DNA of 28,292 bases from a virus. Taxonomy: Duplodnaviria; Caudoviricetes. The stretch spans positions 1 through 28,292 of IMG/VR virus record IMGVR_UViG_3300017913_000624; one strand, written 5' to 3'. The notes beneath the pieces were generated by a model. That model did no database searches. It was given only the letters and a program-made list of their open reading frames with translations, and was not told the origin of the DNA. Each line of letters begins with the position of its first letter. Within the stretch, counting starts at the first letter, position 1. Position numbers and translations under genes: made by a program. Below are positions 7,512 through 15,956 of this stretch, one piece after another.

Positions 7512-7616
7512 TTGCAATAATGCTTATTTCACACGCGGTGTGGTCAATCGCATGGCGTGTGTGATGTGTGATTACACCTATAGGGTAATCACATTTCACA
7601 CATGGGGAGTTTCACA
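7505..7616. repeat. Putative replication origin: TGTGA/TCACA iterons and long dyad
   Basis: Two TGTGA-N17-TCACA dyads (7507-7533, 7567-7593); palindrome 7558-7602 centred on CCTATAGG. Confidence 0.6.
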
Positions 7617-8194
7617 TGCCTAGAAAGCAACATAAGCCGGATAGTAATTTCATGCGAGGATGGAAGGGTACAGAGGTAACCAGTCAGGCAAGCTATCGTA
7701 AAATACAAAATGCTATCACAGAATATGATAGGGTAGTGTCACAGTATGAACGCAGGTGGGGTTGTGATAGATTGCCCAATCTGGTGGACATGGATCTGAG
7801 AGATAGGTTCTGGCAACAAATGGATAAGCTCAACAAGGCTATCAGTGATAACAACCCGATTGATGTAGAACACCAAGTGCAGGTGACGATAAGAGCATAC
7901 GCGGCACTCGAAGCTAAGGCGATAGAAATGGGCGGTAAAGAGCTGACCGGGATAGCATGGACAGCTACATCACATGACAGCACAACCACCGTTGCTGTCG
8001 TGCAGGACAGTAACGAAATACCACGCATCAAACGTGAGATGCCAGAAGCTATGGTCTACTCCGTAGCCGAAGTGGCAAACATCATAGCATCGTGGGAAAA
8101 GCAAAACTCATTGGTCGGTGAAGTAAAGAACGTGTTTGAAGGTGCGCATGTAACAAAGATTGAGGAGCTGATAGATGATGAAATCCCATTTTGA
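7616..8194 (+). CDS. Hypothetical protein with SSB-like C-terminal tail (DDEIPF)
   Basis: GGGGAG RBS; 192 aa ORF ending IDDEIPF. Confidence 0.8.
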   Translation: MPRKQHKPDSNFMRGWKGTEVTSQASYRKIQNAITEYDRVVSQYERRWGCDRLPNLVDMDLRDRFWQQMDKLNKAISDNNPIDVEHQVQVTIRAYAALEAKAIEMGGKELTGIAWTATSHDSTTTVAVVQDSNEIPRIKREMPEAMVYSVAEVANIIASWEKQNSLVGEVKNVFEGAHVTKIEELIDDEIPF

Positions 8195-8852
8195 TGAGAA
8201 CAAGCGACCATGGTCTGTAATGCCAATGCGTGCTTTCTCAGACAAGGAGCTGAAAGAACGCGACCTGCGTGTTCTCGGTGCGCTGTGTTCATTCACCAAC
8301 AGAGCTGGCGTGTGCTGGCCTAGCATGGAAACACTATGTAATGTCAGCGGATACAAAGAACGTAAGAGCGTGCATGATGCCATGAAAAGATTGAAGGCGC
8401 GTAAGTACGTCAGACAGCTACACAGCAAGGACTACCAGAAAGCACAGAGCGGATGGAAGACCAACAGATACCAAGTGCTGTGGGATGGTGATGAACCACT
8501 GCCAACATATGAAGACATACACATTGCCAAGCCACTACAGCTACGCAGTGACCAAGAGGACACACACGCAGAAGACAAGGGGAGTATGAGGGGTGCAGAA
8601 CCGTACAAGGACACGCAAGCTGGGGAGCTTTGCCGGTCGTTTTTGGGTGCAGTGCAACAGGCGACCGGGCAGGTCAGACTGTTCGACAACGAGATTGCAC
8701 ACGCCCGGCGGCTGGCTATGCGTGATGTAACGGTGGCTGAGGTGCGCGAGGTGACGCTGGCTGTATGCGATGAGGCTATGCGTAAGAGACAGGGCGTGCC
8801 TTCTCTCGCTGATGTGGTGGCTAGGTTTGATGTACATGGAGACAAAGGTTGA
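8175..8852 (+). CDS. Winged-HTH protein, replication initiator-like
   Basis: LRVLGALCSF..GVCWPSMETL..VHDAMKRLKARKYV..NRY pattern of phage initiator N-terminal HTH domains. Confidence 0.72.
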   Translation: MMKSHFDENKRPWSVMPMRAFSDKELKERDLRVLGALCSFTNRAGVCWPSMETLCNVSGYKERKSVHDAMKRLKARKYVRQLHSKDYQKAQSGWKTNRYQVLWDGDEPLPTYEDIHIAKPLQLRSDQEDTHAEDKGSMRGAEPYKDTQAGELCRSFLGAVQQATGQVRLFDNEIAHARRLAMRDVTVAEVREVTLAVCDEAMRKRQGVPSLADVVARFDVHGDKG

Positions 8853-8975
8853 TTTGCTTTTGTACAGCCCTGCCAGCGCGGCAAAAAAAGTTGTGCGACC
8901 GCGAAGGCGACCCCTTGCCCCCACCCCTTCGGCCTGTGTGCGTGGGGGTCTCACACAAAATTTTAGGAGCTTTTG

Positions 8976-9164
8976 ATGATTGATCAGGGCGATGGTTCTA
9001 TGCAGAGGCTGATTGATGATGGGAGCTGTCCTAAGTGCCATGCGGCCATGGACATACCCGGTAAGTGTAAAAGTTGTGGATTGGAGATAGCAGATGGATA
9101 TACTGAAGAAGGCGATGAGGACGGTGGCTTCGCGTGGGAAGACGTATGGCGCGGTGCGCAGTAA
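8976..9164 (+). CDS. Small Zn-ribbon protein
   Basis: CPKC and CKSC pairs; AGGAG RBS at 8965-8969. Confidence 0.65.
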   Translation: MIDQGDGSMQRLIDDGSCPKCHAAMDIPGKCKSCGLEIADGYTEEGDEDGGFAWEDVWRGAQ

Positions 9165-9357
9165 TCATGAGCGCATTGCGGCGATGTGGTCTGTGACGGC
9201 TGGTGTTGACATTACCCCGGAGCAGGTGGCTATGATGATGATACAGGTTAAGTTAGCGCGGCTGATGGAGACACCGGGTCATCAGGATAGTTGGGTTGAT
9301 ATAGCTGGTTATGCATGGACAGGAGATAAGTGTGTCAAAGAAGCCGCCGACAATTAG
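9094..9357 (+). CDS. DUF6378-like phage protein
   Basis: RGKTYG..NHERIAAMWS..QVAMMMIQVKLARL..DSWVDIAGYA signature. Confidence 0.8.
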   Translation: MDILKKAMRTVASRGKTYGAVRSNHERIAAMWSVTAGVDITPEQVAMMMIQVKLARLMETPGHQDSWVDIAGYAWTGDKCVKEAADN

Positions 9358-9748
9358 GGATATGCGCAATGGGCTTGCCAGTGGTGATGCTGACAGGCGT
9401 GAGGCTGTGGTTCAGGAGCTAGAGGCGATTGGAGCTGGTGAGGCTACTGATGTTATTAGTTGGGATGCTATGGGGCAGATCCAGCTAACGCCGAGTTCGC
9501 AGTTGCCGGAGAGGGCGCGCCGGGCGATAAAGAAGGTGAAGGTAACGCCTAACGCGCATGGCAATCAGATTGAGGTTGAGATGCATGACAAGATTGCGGC
9601 GTTGAGGTTGTTGGCCAAGCATAGGGGTTTGTTAGAGCCTAACGCTGATGACCAGCGGCCATCTATGATTGGTATTAACGTGACTGGCCCGAAGGTAACT
9701 ACTTATGAGGTGAAGGATGAAGAAGACGATAGTAGAGATGACGATTGA
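9332..9748 (+). CDS. terS: Terminase small subunit
   Basis: GTG 9332 with AGGAG RBS; AIKKVKV..IEVEMHDKIAALRLLAKH motif; upstream of TerL. Confidence 0.75.
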   Translation: MSKKPPTIRDMRNGLASGDADRREAVVQELEAIGAGEATDVISWDAMGQIQLTPSSQLPERARRAIKKVKVTPNAHGNQIEVEMHDKIAALRLLAKHRGLLEPNADDQRPSMIGINVTGPKVTTYEVKDEEDDSRDDD

Positions 9749-9899
9749 TGAGTTCAAGGCTGAGTTGGCTCGGTTGCGTGCTGTAGCTATGCATATCAAG
9801 CCGACTGGTGTTGGTGAGGGTAGGGCTACCAATCGTAGTTATGCGATGAACAAGCGCGGTAATTTTCATGGTAATAATCGTAAGTTGTGGCGGTTCTGA
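9717..9899 (+). CDS. Hypothetical protein (60 aa)
   Basis: Fills the TerS-TerL gap; TGATG overlap with the TerL start. Confidence 0.55.
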   Translation: MKKTIVEMTIDEFKAELARLRAVAMHIKPTGVGEGRATNRSYAMNKRGNFHGNNRKLWRF

Positions 9900-11449
9900 T
9901 GGCTAGGTCTAGGCGTGCGTCTGACCAGTCGGGTCGTAGGACAAGGCAGAAGGGTACTGACCCATTAGAGGGTTTGGATCTAGATTTTAGTGAAAGTCCG
10001 ACAGTATGGGATTTTTTGAACGACAACAGTTTTGTGAGGGGTCTTCTTGGGCCAGTAGGCTCAGGCAAGACATATGCCAGTCTAGCGGAAGTGATGTTGC
10101 GTGCTGTAAAGCAACCTGCTTCGCCAGTAGACAATGTGAGATATACGCGTTTTGCCGTAATCAGAAACTCATACCCGGAGTTGCGCACAACGACCATCAA
10201 GACATGGCAGGAGATATTTCCTGAGAATACTTGGGGTCAGATGCGGTGGTCGCCGCCTATCACGCATCATATTAAGTTGCCGCCGCGTGATGGAGCGCCG
10301 GGGCTGGATTGTGAGGTTATATTTTTGGCGTTAGACCAGCCCAAGGATGTTCGGAAGTTGCTCTCATTAGAATTAACAGGGGGTTTCATAGACGAGGCTA
10401 GAGAGCTTCCAAAGGCGGTTGTTGATGGTTTGACTTCGCGTGTTGGTCGTTATCCGACTAAGCGGCATGGTGGTTGTCCATGGCGTGGTGTGTGGATGTC
10501 TACCAACCCGATGGATAGTGACCACTGGTGGCCTAACTTGGCTGAGAAGAACCCGATACGCGGCAAGTATCCGTGGAAGTTTTACAAACAGCCCGGCGGT
10601 GTTGTAGAGGCTACCAAGGAGCATGAGGGGCATATATTTAGTGCTGGCAAGTATTGGATTAACAATCCGAAGGCTGAGAATACAAACAACCTGCCGCCGG
10701 GATATTATGAACAGCAACTGGCTGGTAAGACGCTGGATTGGATACAGTGTTATGCTGGTGCGCAGTATGTTTATGTGCAGGACGGCAAGCCGGTTTGGCC
10801 GGAGTTTAGTGATAGTTTGATGTCGGCTGATGTTGAGGTTGAGCCGGGTTGGCCTGTGCATATTGGTTTGGACTTTGGTTTGACCCCTGCCGCTGTGTTT
10901 GGTCAGAAGATGGCGAATGGCCGGTGGCATGTGGTGCATGAGCTGGTTGCGTTTGATATGGGTCTTGAGCGGTTCTGTCATCATTTGATGGCTGATATCA
11001 ACACGCACTTTCCTAAGTGTGAGGTGTTTATCTGGGGTGACCCGGCAGGTGCAAAGCGTGATGAGATATTTGAGGTCACCGCGTTTGAGCATATGCGCAC
11101 GCTAGGGCTACGCGCACAGCCTACTGCGTCTAATGATTTTATGGTACGCCGCGAGGCCGGGGCTTCGCCTATGAATAGGTTGATTGATGGTAAGCCGGGA
11201 TTGTTTGTAAACCGTAGCTGTACGCGCACCCGAAAGTCACTGGCTGGTGGTTATCACTTCCGGCGTGTTGCTATGGGTGGTGGTCAGGAGCGGTTTAAGG
11301 ACGCGCCGAATAAGAACGAACACTCACACGTTGGTGACGCGTATGGCTATCTTATGATGGGCAGTGAGCATAGGAACATGACCCGGAACAGCCACCGAAG
11401 TAATCAGTTCAGACAGCTTACTGCTAATGTGGACTTCAATGTTTTCTAG
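9899..11449 (+). CDS. terL: Terminase large subunit
   Basis: Walker A GPVGSGKT, Walker B GGFIDEA, STNP coupling motif, RNase H-like GLDFG, GDPAG, HVGDAYGY. Confidence 0.95.
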   Translation: MARSRRASDQSGRRTRQKGTDPLEGLDLDFSESPTVWDFLNDNSFVRGLLGPVGSGKTYASLAEVMLRAVKQPASPVDNVRYTRFAVIRNSYPELRTTTIKTWQEIFPENTWGQMRWSPPITHHIKLPPRDGAPGLDCEVIFLALDQPKDVRKLLSLELTGGFIDEARELPKAVVDGLTSRVGRYPTKRHGGCPWRGVWMSTNPMDSDHWWPNLAEKNPIRGKYPWKFYKQPGGVVEATKEHEGHIFSAGKYWINNPKAENTNNLPPGYYEQQLAGKTLDWIQCYAGAQYVYVQDGKPVWPEFSDSLMSADVEVEPGWPVHIGLDFGLTPAAVFGQKMANGRWHVVHELVAFDMGLERFCHHLMADINTHFPKCEVFIWGDPAGAKRDEIFEVTAFEHMRTLGLRAQPTASNDFMVRREAGASPMNRLIDGKPGLFVNRSCTRTRKSLAGGYHFRRVAMGGGQERFKDAPNKNEHSHVGDAYGYLMMGSEHRNMTRNSHRSNQFRQLTANVDFNVF

Positions 11450-11912
11450 CAATGACCGGGTAACCTTTGTGCCGTTTCACTGGACGCATCCGTATCATAT
11501 GGATCTGCGAGAGTTCGAGCGTGCTTATTTTAAGAAGATGCCGGACTATGGTGAGCGGCTAAAGGTTTTTGCTATGCAACCGCATTGCTATACGGTTTTG
11601 CTCGATGGCGAGATGGCCTGTTGTTTTGGTGTGTCGCCACTTTGGGATGGTGTAGCTGAGGGCTGGTTACTGACAAGTTATCTAGTTGAGCGCAACCCAA
11701 TATCGCTAACCAGAGGTGCTATCAGATACTTTAATCACATTGCTATCGAGTTGAAATTGCATAGATTGCAGTTGGTTGTTGAAGAGCTGAATGAGCTTGC
11801 AATGCACTGGGCAGGTGCGTTACAGTTTGAACAAGAAGGTCGTCTGGTCGGTTATGGCCCTGACGGTGCAACCCACGTTATGTTTGCGAGGACATATGAT
11901 GACAAAAAGTGA
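11439..11912 (+). CDS. GNAT-fold protein (acetyltransferase-like)
   Basis: ACCFGV..WDGVAEGWLL, LHRLQLVV..N..AMHWAGALQFEQEGRL..YG GNAT-like pattern; alternative start 11427. Confidence 0.7.
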   Translation: MFSSNDRVTFVPFHWTHPYHMDLREFERAYFKKMPDYGERLKVFAMQPHCYTVLLDGEMACCFGVSPLWDGVAEGWLLTSYLVERNPISLTRGAIRYFNHIAIELKLHRLQLVVEELNELAMHWAGALQFEQEGRLVGYGPDGATHVMFARTYDDKK

Positions 11913-11921
11913 GTTTGCGTG

Positions 11922-12149
11922 ATGGGCGGTTTGTTTGGATCTAGAACGCCGACCCCACCACCACCTGACCCTAAGATTGAAGAGGCTCAGGAGCGGCAGG
12001 AACAGCGCCTTGATGCGCAGGAACAGCAAAAGATGCGTCAGCTAGAAAGTCGCCGTAGAGCGCGCCGGATAGGTGGCCAGCGTATGCTGTTAAGTCAACA
12101 ACGTGAAACGCCACAGACCGGCGTGAAATCAACATTAGGGAGTTCGTGA
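11922..12149 (+). CDS. Small pre-portal virion-associated protein, paralog 1
   Basis: MGG start, poly-Pro, RRRARRIGG.R.LL, TLG end. Confidence 0.75.
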   Translation: MGGLFGSRTPTPPPPDPKIEEAQERQEQRLDAQEQQKMRQLESRRRARRIGGQRMLLSQQRETPQTGVKSTLGSS

Positions 12150-12403
12150 TGGGTGGTGTTATATCCAGACCTAAAGCGCCAACACCGCCGCCGGTAGCTA
12201 AGCCGGTGGCTGAGGCGTTTACCGACCTTGCAGAAAGTCAGGGCAAAAAATTAGAAGATGCGGATACGCCCGGCACAGCCGCGTATAGCGCAAAGCAGGA
12301 TGCCGCACGCCGTAGGGCGCGCAGAATTGGCGGCAGACGTTCACTGTTGGGCGGTGGCCGTGGTGAAGGTGGTGAAACTCAAAACACGTTAGGAGCTGGT
12401 TAA
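12149..12403 (+). CDS. Small pre-portal virion-associated protein, paralog 2
   Basis: Same architecture as the previous ORF; TGATG coupling. Confidence 0.75.
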   Translation: MGGVISRPKAPTPPPVAKPVAEAFTDLAESQGKKLEDADTPGTAAYSAKQDAARRRARRIGGRRSLLGGGRGEGGETQNTLGAG

Positions 12404-12404
12404 G

Positions 12405-12563
12405 ATGCCTATGGTAACAGGTAAAGACGGTAAGAAACGTCACTTTTCATATTCTAAGTCAGGCTTCAAGGCCGCTAAGGACTATGCGTCAAAGACTGGC
12501 GGCAAGTTCTCGATGGGCAACATGAAGTCCAAGATGGCTAAGAAAAAGAGCTATGGCGCGTAA
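12405..12563 (+). CDS. Small Lys-rich protein (52 aa, not in ORF track)
   Basis: MPMVTGKDGKKRHFSYSKSGFKAAKDYASKTGGKFSMGNMKSKMAKKKSYGA*; AGGAG upstream; fills the gap. Confidence 0.7.
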   Translation: MPMVTGKDGKKRHFSYSKSGFKAAKDYASKTGGKFSMGNMKSKMAKKKSYGA

Positions 12564-12738
12564 GTTTGCCAAAGTCCCGAAGGATAAGAAGAGCGGCATA
12601 CCTAAAAAATATGTGTCCGGCTCTTCTAATCCTGACAAGACACGCGCTGAGATACAGCGCACCCGGCGACTGTATAAGCGCGGTCTATTGACCCCGGCCA
12701 TGATGGATAAGATTAGCAAGCAAAGGAGCAAGACCTGA
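12553..12738 (+). CDS. Small basic protein (61 aa)
   Basis: IPKKYVSG motif, K/R-rich, TGATG-coupled to the next ORF. Confidence 0.7.
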   Translation: MARKFAKVPKDKKSGIPKKYVSGSSNPDKTRAEIQRTRRLYKRGLLTPAMMDKISKQRSKT

Positions 12739-12965
12739 TGCCAAGCTTCAAAGGTATCCCCGGCTCTAGCCGTTTTAGCAGTGACAAGCTCAACAAGGTT
12801 TACCGCCGTGGGCTTGGTGCTTATTACTCATCTGGCAGTAGGCCGAAAGTATCAGCTCATCAGTGGGCTATGGGCAGGGTAAAATCGTTTGTGTCTGGCA
12901 AGGGTGGTGCGCGTAAAGCTGACGCAGATATCCTGAAAGGTAAGAGCGGTGCGAAAAGTACATAA
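12738..12965 (+). CDS. Small basic protein, DUF5824-like
   Basis: LNKVYRRGLGAYYSSGSRP..SAHQWAMGRVKSFV..ADAD recalled signature. Confidence 0.65.
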   Translation: MPSFKGIPGSSRFSSDKLNKVYRRGLGAYYSSGSRPKVSAHQWAMGRVKSFVSGKGGARKADADILKGKSGAKST

Positions 12966-13218
12966 GAACCCAAAGGGTGGATTGACAGAGGCCGGTCGTC
13001 AGCACTTCAAGCGCACTGAGGGGGCTAACCTCAAGCGCCCGGTCAAGTCTGGCACTAACCCACGCCGCGTTTCTTTTGCCGCCAGATTTGCTGGTATGCG
13101 CGGAAGTGAGAAAAAGCCGGACGGCACGCCGACCCGGCTGGGTTTAGCTCTAAGGGCGTGGGGCTTCCGCAACAAAGAAAGCGCCAGAAATTTTGCGAAT
13201 AGGCACAAAAAATCATGA
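12949..13218 (+). CDS. Small basic protein, DUF6321-like
   Basis: KNPKGGLTEAGR..EGANLK..RRVSFAARF..PTRLGLALRAWG recalled signature. Confidence 0.65.
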   Translation: MRKVHKNPKGGLTEAGRQHFKRTEGANLKRPVKSGTNPRRVSFAARFAGMRGSEKKPDGTPTRLGLALRAWGFRNKESARNFANRHKKS

Positions 13219-14753
13219 TGACACCACAGCAAATCATTAAGCGCCATGAGCTGGCACAGCGCCGCAAAGATAACTGGAAGCAGGTGTATGAAGACTGCTA
13301 TGAGTTCGCACTGCCACAGCGCAACCTGTATGACGGTTTCTATGAAGGCGGCAACGCTCCGGGGCAGAATAAGATGCTACGCGTGTTTGATAGTACCGCT
13401 ATTAACAGCACACAGCGTTTTGCTAACCGCATCCAGTCCGGCCTGTTCCCACCTCAAGCGCAGTGGTGCAGGTTAGAACCCGGCTCAGAGATACCAAAGG
13501 AGCGCCAGATTGAGGTGCAACAAGTATTGGATATGTATGCCGAGAAGATGTTTGACTTGTTGCGTCAGACTAACTTTGACCTAGCTATGGGTGAGTTTCT
13601 GCTAGACCTAGCTGTAGGTACAGCCGTAATGCTGGTGGAAGAAGGTGATGAGACTACGCCTATTCGCTTTACGCCAGTGCCGCAGTATCTGGTGTGCATC
13701 GAAGAGGGTGCGCATGGTAAGGTCGATAATGTCTATCGCCGTCTTCGCATGAAGGCCGAAGCTATCACACAGCAATGGCCTGATGCAGAGCTGAGCGATA
13801 AGCTCAAGCGCATGGTTGATGAGAAGCCGACAGAACAGGTAGAGCTGGTTGATGCTACGGTGCTAGATCCAGAGACCGGCGAGTTTCATTATTATCTGAT
13901 TGAGAAAGAGGGCAACACACAGCTAGTGATGCGCAAGCTTAAATCCAGCCCATGGATTGTAGCGCGTTACATGAAAGTGGCTGGCGAAGTGTATGGGCGT
14001 GGGCCTCTAGTCACAGCTATCCCCGACATCAAGACACTGAACAAAACACTAGAATTGCTATTGAAGAACGCCAGCTTGTCTATTGCCGGGGTCTACACAG
14101 CCGCTGATGATGGGGTGTTGAACCCACAGACCATCAGCATCAGGCCGGGCGCTATCATCCCGGTAGCGCGTAACGGTGGCCCACAGGGCGAAAGCTTGAG
14201 GATGTTGCCACGTTCAGGTGACTTCAACGTGTCGCAGATTGTTATCAATGACCTGCGCATGAACATCAAAAAGACATTGCTGGATGACACATTGCCGAAT
14301 GACAATATGTCTGCCCGGTCAGCCACAGAGATACAGTTCAGGTCGGCTGAGCTGGCTAATAATCTTGGCAGTGCCTTCGGTCGCCTCATCACAGAAACAA
14401 TGATGCCGCTAGTGTCGCGCATATTGTCTGTGATGGATGACCGAGGTCTGATTGAGCTACCGCTTAGCGTGAATGGGTTGCAGGTGAAGGTATCGCCTAT
14501 TGCACCGATTGCTCAGGCTCAGAACATGGGCGACATTGAGAAGGTTATGCAATGGGTACAGGCATCTGCCGCGCTCGGCCCAGAAGGGCAGATGGCGGTC
14601 AAGACTGGCGCTATCATCGACCATGTAGCCGATAAGATGGGCATACCGGCTGAGCTAAGAACAACGCCGCAGGAACGTGAAGAGATGATGCAACAAGCCA
14701 TGCAAGCGGCACAGATGGCCGCACAAGCACAGGAAGGTGAGCCACAGCAATGA
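13215..14753 (+). CDS. Portal protein (head-to-tail connector, T7 gp8/BPP-1 type)
   Basis: 512 aa; VFDSTA, LDLAVGTAVM, GEVYGRGP, RSATEI motifs; gene position. Confidence 0.93.
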   Translation: MMTPQQIIKRHELAQRRKDNWKQVYEDCYEFALPQRNLYDGFYEGGNAPGQNKMLRVFDSTAINSTQRFANRIQSGLFPPQAQWCRLEPGSEIPKERQIEVQQVLDMYAEKMFDLLRQTNFDLAMGEFLLDLAVGTAVMLVEEGDETTPIRFTPVPQYLVCIEEGAHGKVDNVYRRLRMKAEAITQQWPDAELSDKLKRMVDEKPTEQVELVDATVLDPETGEFHYYLIEKEGNTQLVMRKLKSSPWIVARYMKVAGEVYGRGPLVTAIPDIKTLNKTLELLLKNASLSIAGVYTAADDGVLNPQTISIRPGAIIPVARNGGPQGESLRMLPRSGDFNVSQIVINDLRMNIKKTLLDDTLPNDNMSARSATEIQFRSAELANNLGSAFGRLITETMMPLVSRILSVMDDRGLIELPLSVNGLQVKVSPIAPIAQAQNMGDIEKVMQWVQASAALGPEGQMAVKTGAIIDHVADKMGIPAELRTTPQEREEMMQQAMQAAQMAAQAQEGEPQQ

Positions 14754-15019
14754 TTGTAGAAGGTTGGGATGGTTTGCGCTCAGTAGAGCCGCAAACACGC
14801 ATGACACAGCAAGATAACCAAGATGACATAGATAGGTTATATTTGCGCGTGTTCGGCAGTGACGATGGGCAAAAGCTTCATGAGCATTTGCGGTCACTGA
14901 CGATAGAACAGCCCACTTGGTATCCCGGTGAGGATGCATCACATGGGTATGCCAGAGAGGGTCAAAACTCACTGGTGCGTGAAATAGAGCGCCGTATTGA
15001 AAGGGCAAGAAAGCTATGA
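14750..15019 (+). CDS. Bbp19-like protein
   Basis: YLRVFGSDDGQKL..L..REGQNSLV..I pattern, between portal and scaffold. Confidence 0.75.
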   Translation: MIVEGWDGLRSVEPQTRMTQQDNQDDIDRLYLRVFGSDDGQKLHEHLRSLTIEQPTWYPGEDASHGYAREGQNSLVREIERRIERARKL

Positions 15020-15822
15020 ATGAGACTGAAGGACTGATGGCCCAAGCCGAGGTTCAGAACCAAAGCGAGGACAACCAACAGCCAGAAGAACCCATTTCGC
15101 ATCTACAGCCTGATGAAAGCTTGCAGTCATTCGATGATGTAACGCTGGCATCTGAAGGTGAAGAGGTAGAGTTCGAGAGGCCAGATTGGTATCCTGATAA
15201 GTTCTGGAATGAAGAAGAAGGGCCAGATCTAGAAAACCTCGCAAAGTCATATAATGAGCTTCAAAAGAAGTTTAGTCAGGGCAAGCACAAAGCGCCTGAG
15301 CAATATGACGAAAGTGTTTTTTCAGAGGCAAACATCCCAGAGGATGATGCCCTGTACAACACTTACAAGGGTTGGGCTAAAGAACATGGCATCAGCCAAG
15401 CCGCGTTTGATGAGCTGGCGACAGCTTTCATCCAACAGGCCGGCGATGAGGCTGAGATGGCACAGGTATCCTATGAGGATGAATATGCCAAGCTTGGCAA
15501 GAACGCTGACGCAACCATCAAGTCTATGACTGAGTGGGGGCAGGGTCTGGTGCGCAAAGGCGTATGGTCAGAGGGTGACTTTGAAGAGTTTAAGATTATG
15601 GGCGGCACAGCTCAGGGTCTGAAGGCTCTGCAAAAAGTCAGAAGCTACTACGGTGATAGACCTATTCCGGTTGATGTTTCGCCTATGGATGACAGACCTT
15701 CTAAAGAAGAGCTGAACGCCATGGTCGCTGACCCTAAGTACAACACAGACCCGGCTTTCAGGGCTAAGGTCGAGAAAATGTTTGAGGCCACCTACGGCAC
15801 TCAAGATTTCAATGTGATGTAA
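15016..15822 (+). CDS. Capsid scaffolding/assembly protein
   Basis: Very acidic; RPDWYPDKFW, LAKSYNELQKK, DPKY..DPAFRAKV motifs; precedes the capsid gene. Confidence 0.82.
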   Translation: MNETEGLMAQAEVQNQSEDNQQPEEPISHLQPDESLQSFDDVTLASEGEEVEFERPDWYPDKFWNEEEGPDLENLAKSYNELQKKFSQGKHKAPEQYDESVFSEANIPEDDALYNTYKGWAKEHGISQAAFDELATAFIQQAGDEAEMAQVSYEDEYAKLGKNADATIKSMTEWGQGLVRKGVWSEGDFEEFKIMGGTAQGLKALQKVRSYYGDRPIPVDVSPMDDRPSKEELNAMVADPKYNTDPAFRAKVEKMFEATYGTQDFNVM

Positions 15823-15827
15823 GATTG

Positions 15828-15858
15828 AAAGCGCATCTTGATAGATGCGCTTTTTTTT
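15828..15858 (+). terminator. Intrinsic terminator after scaffold gene
   Basis: GCGCATCT-TGAT-AGATGCGC followed by T8. Confidence 0.8.
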
Positions 15859-15866
15859 GATAGGTT
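15838..15866 (+). promoter_or_regulatory. Candidate sigma70-type promoter for the capsid gene, embedded in the terminator
   Basis: TTGATA-N17-TAGGTT. Confidence 0.45.
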
Positions 15867-15871
15867 GTACT

Positions 15872-15956
15872 TAACAGACAACCGTTCCGGCCTGTTAGAA
15901 CCGTTTCGGGGTGTAACGTACACACCCAAGCTGTCAGCCCTTCCATGGATACCTGA
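15872..15956 (+). promoter_or_regulatory. Structured 5' leader of major capsid gene (three hairpins)
   Basis: TAACAG/CTGTTA, GGGTGT/ACACCC and TCAG/CTGA stems, with a repeated 1x4 internal loop. Confidence 0.55.

Noticed and set aside
7507-7602. TGTGA...TCACA as CRP/FNR-family sites
   Set aside because: Spacer is 17 nt rather than 6; an iteron/origin reading fits better
8432-9041. Minus-strand ORFs of 150 and 166 aa and the + ORF 8770-8976
   Set aside because: Overlap better-supported genes and the putative pac region; no recognisable motifs
10373-11092. 239-aa minus-strand ORF
   Set aside because: Antisense shadow of TerL with no motifs; its His/Thr/Leu-rich composition mirrors the G/T skew of the + strand
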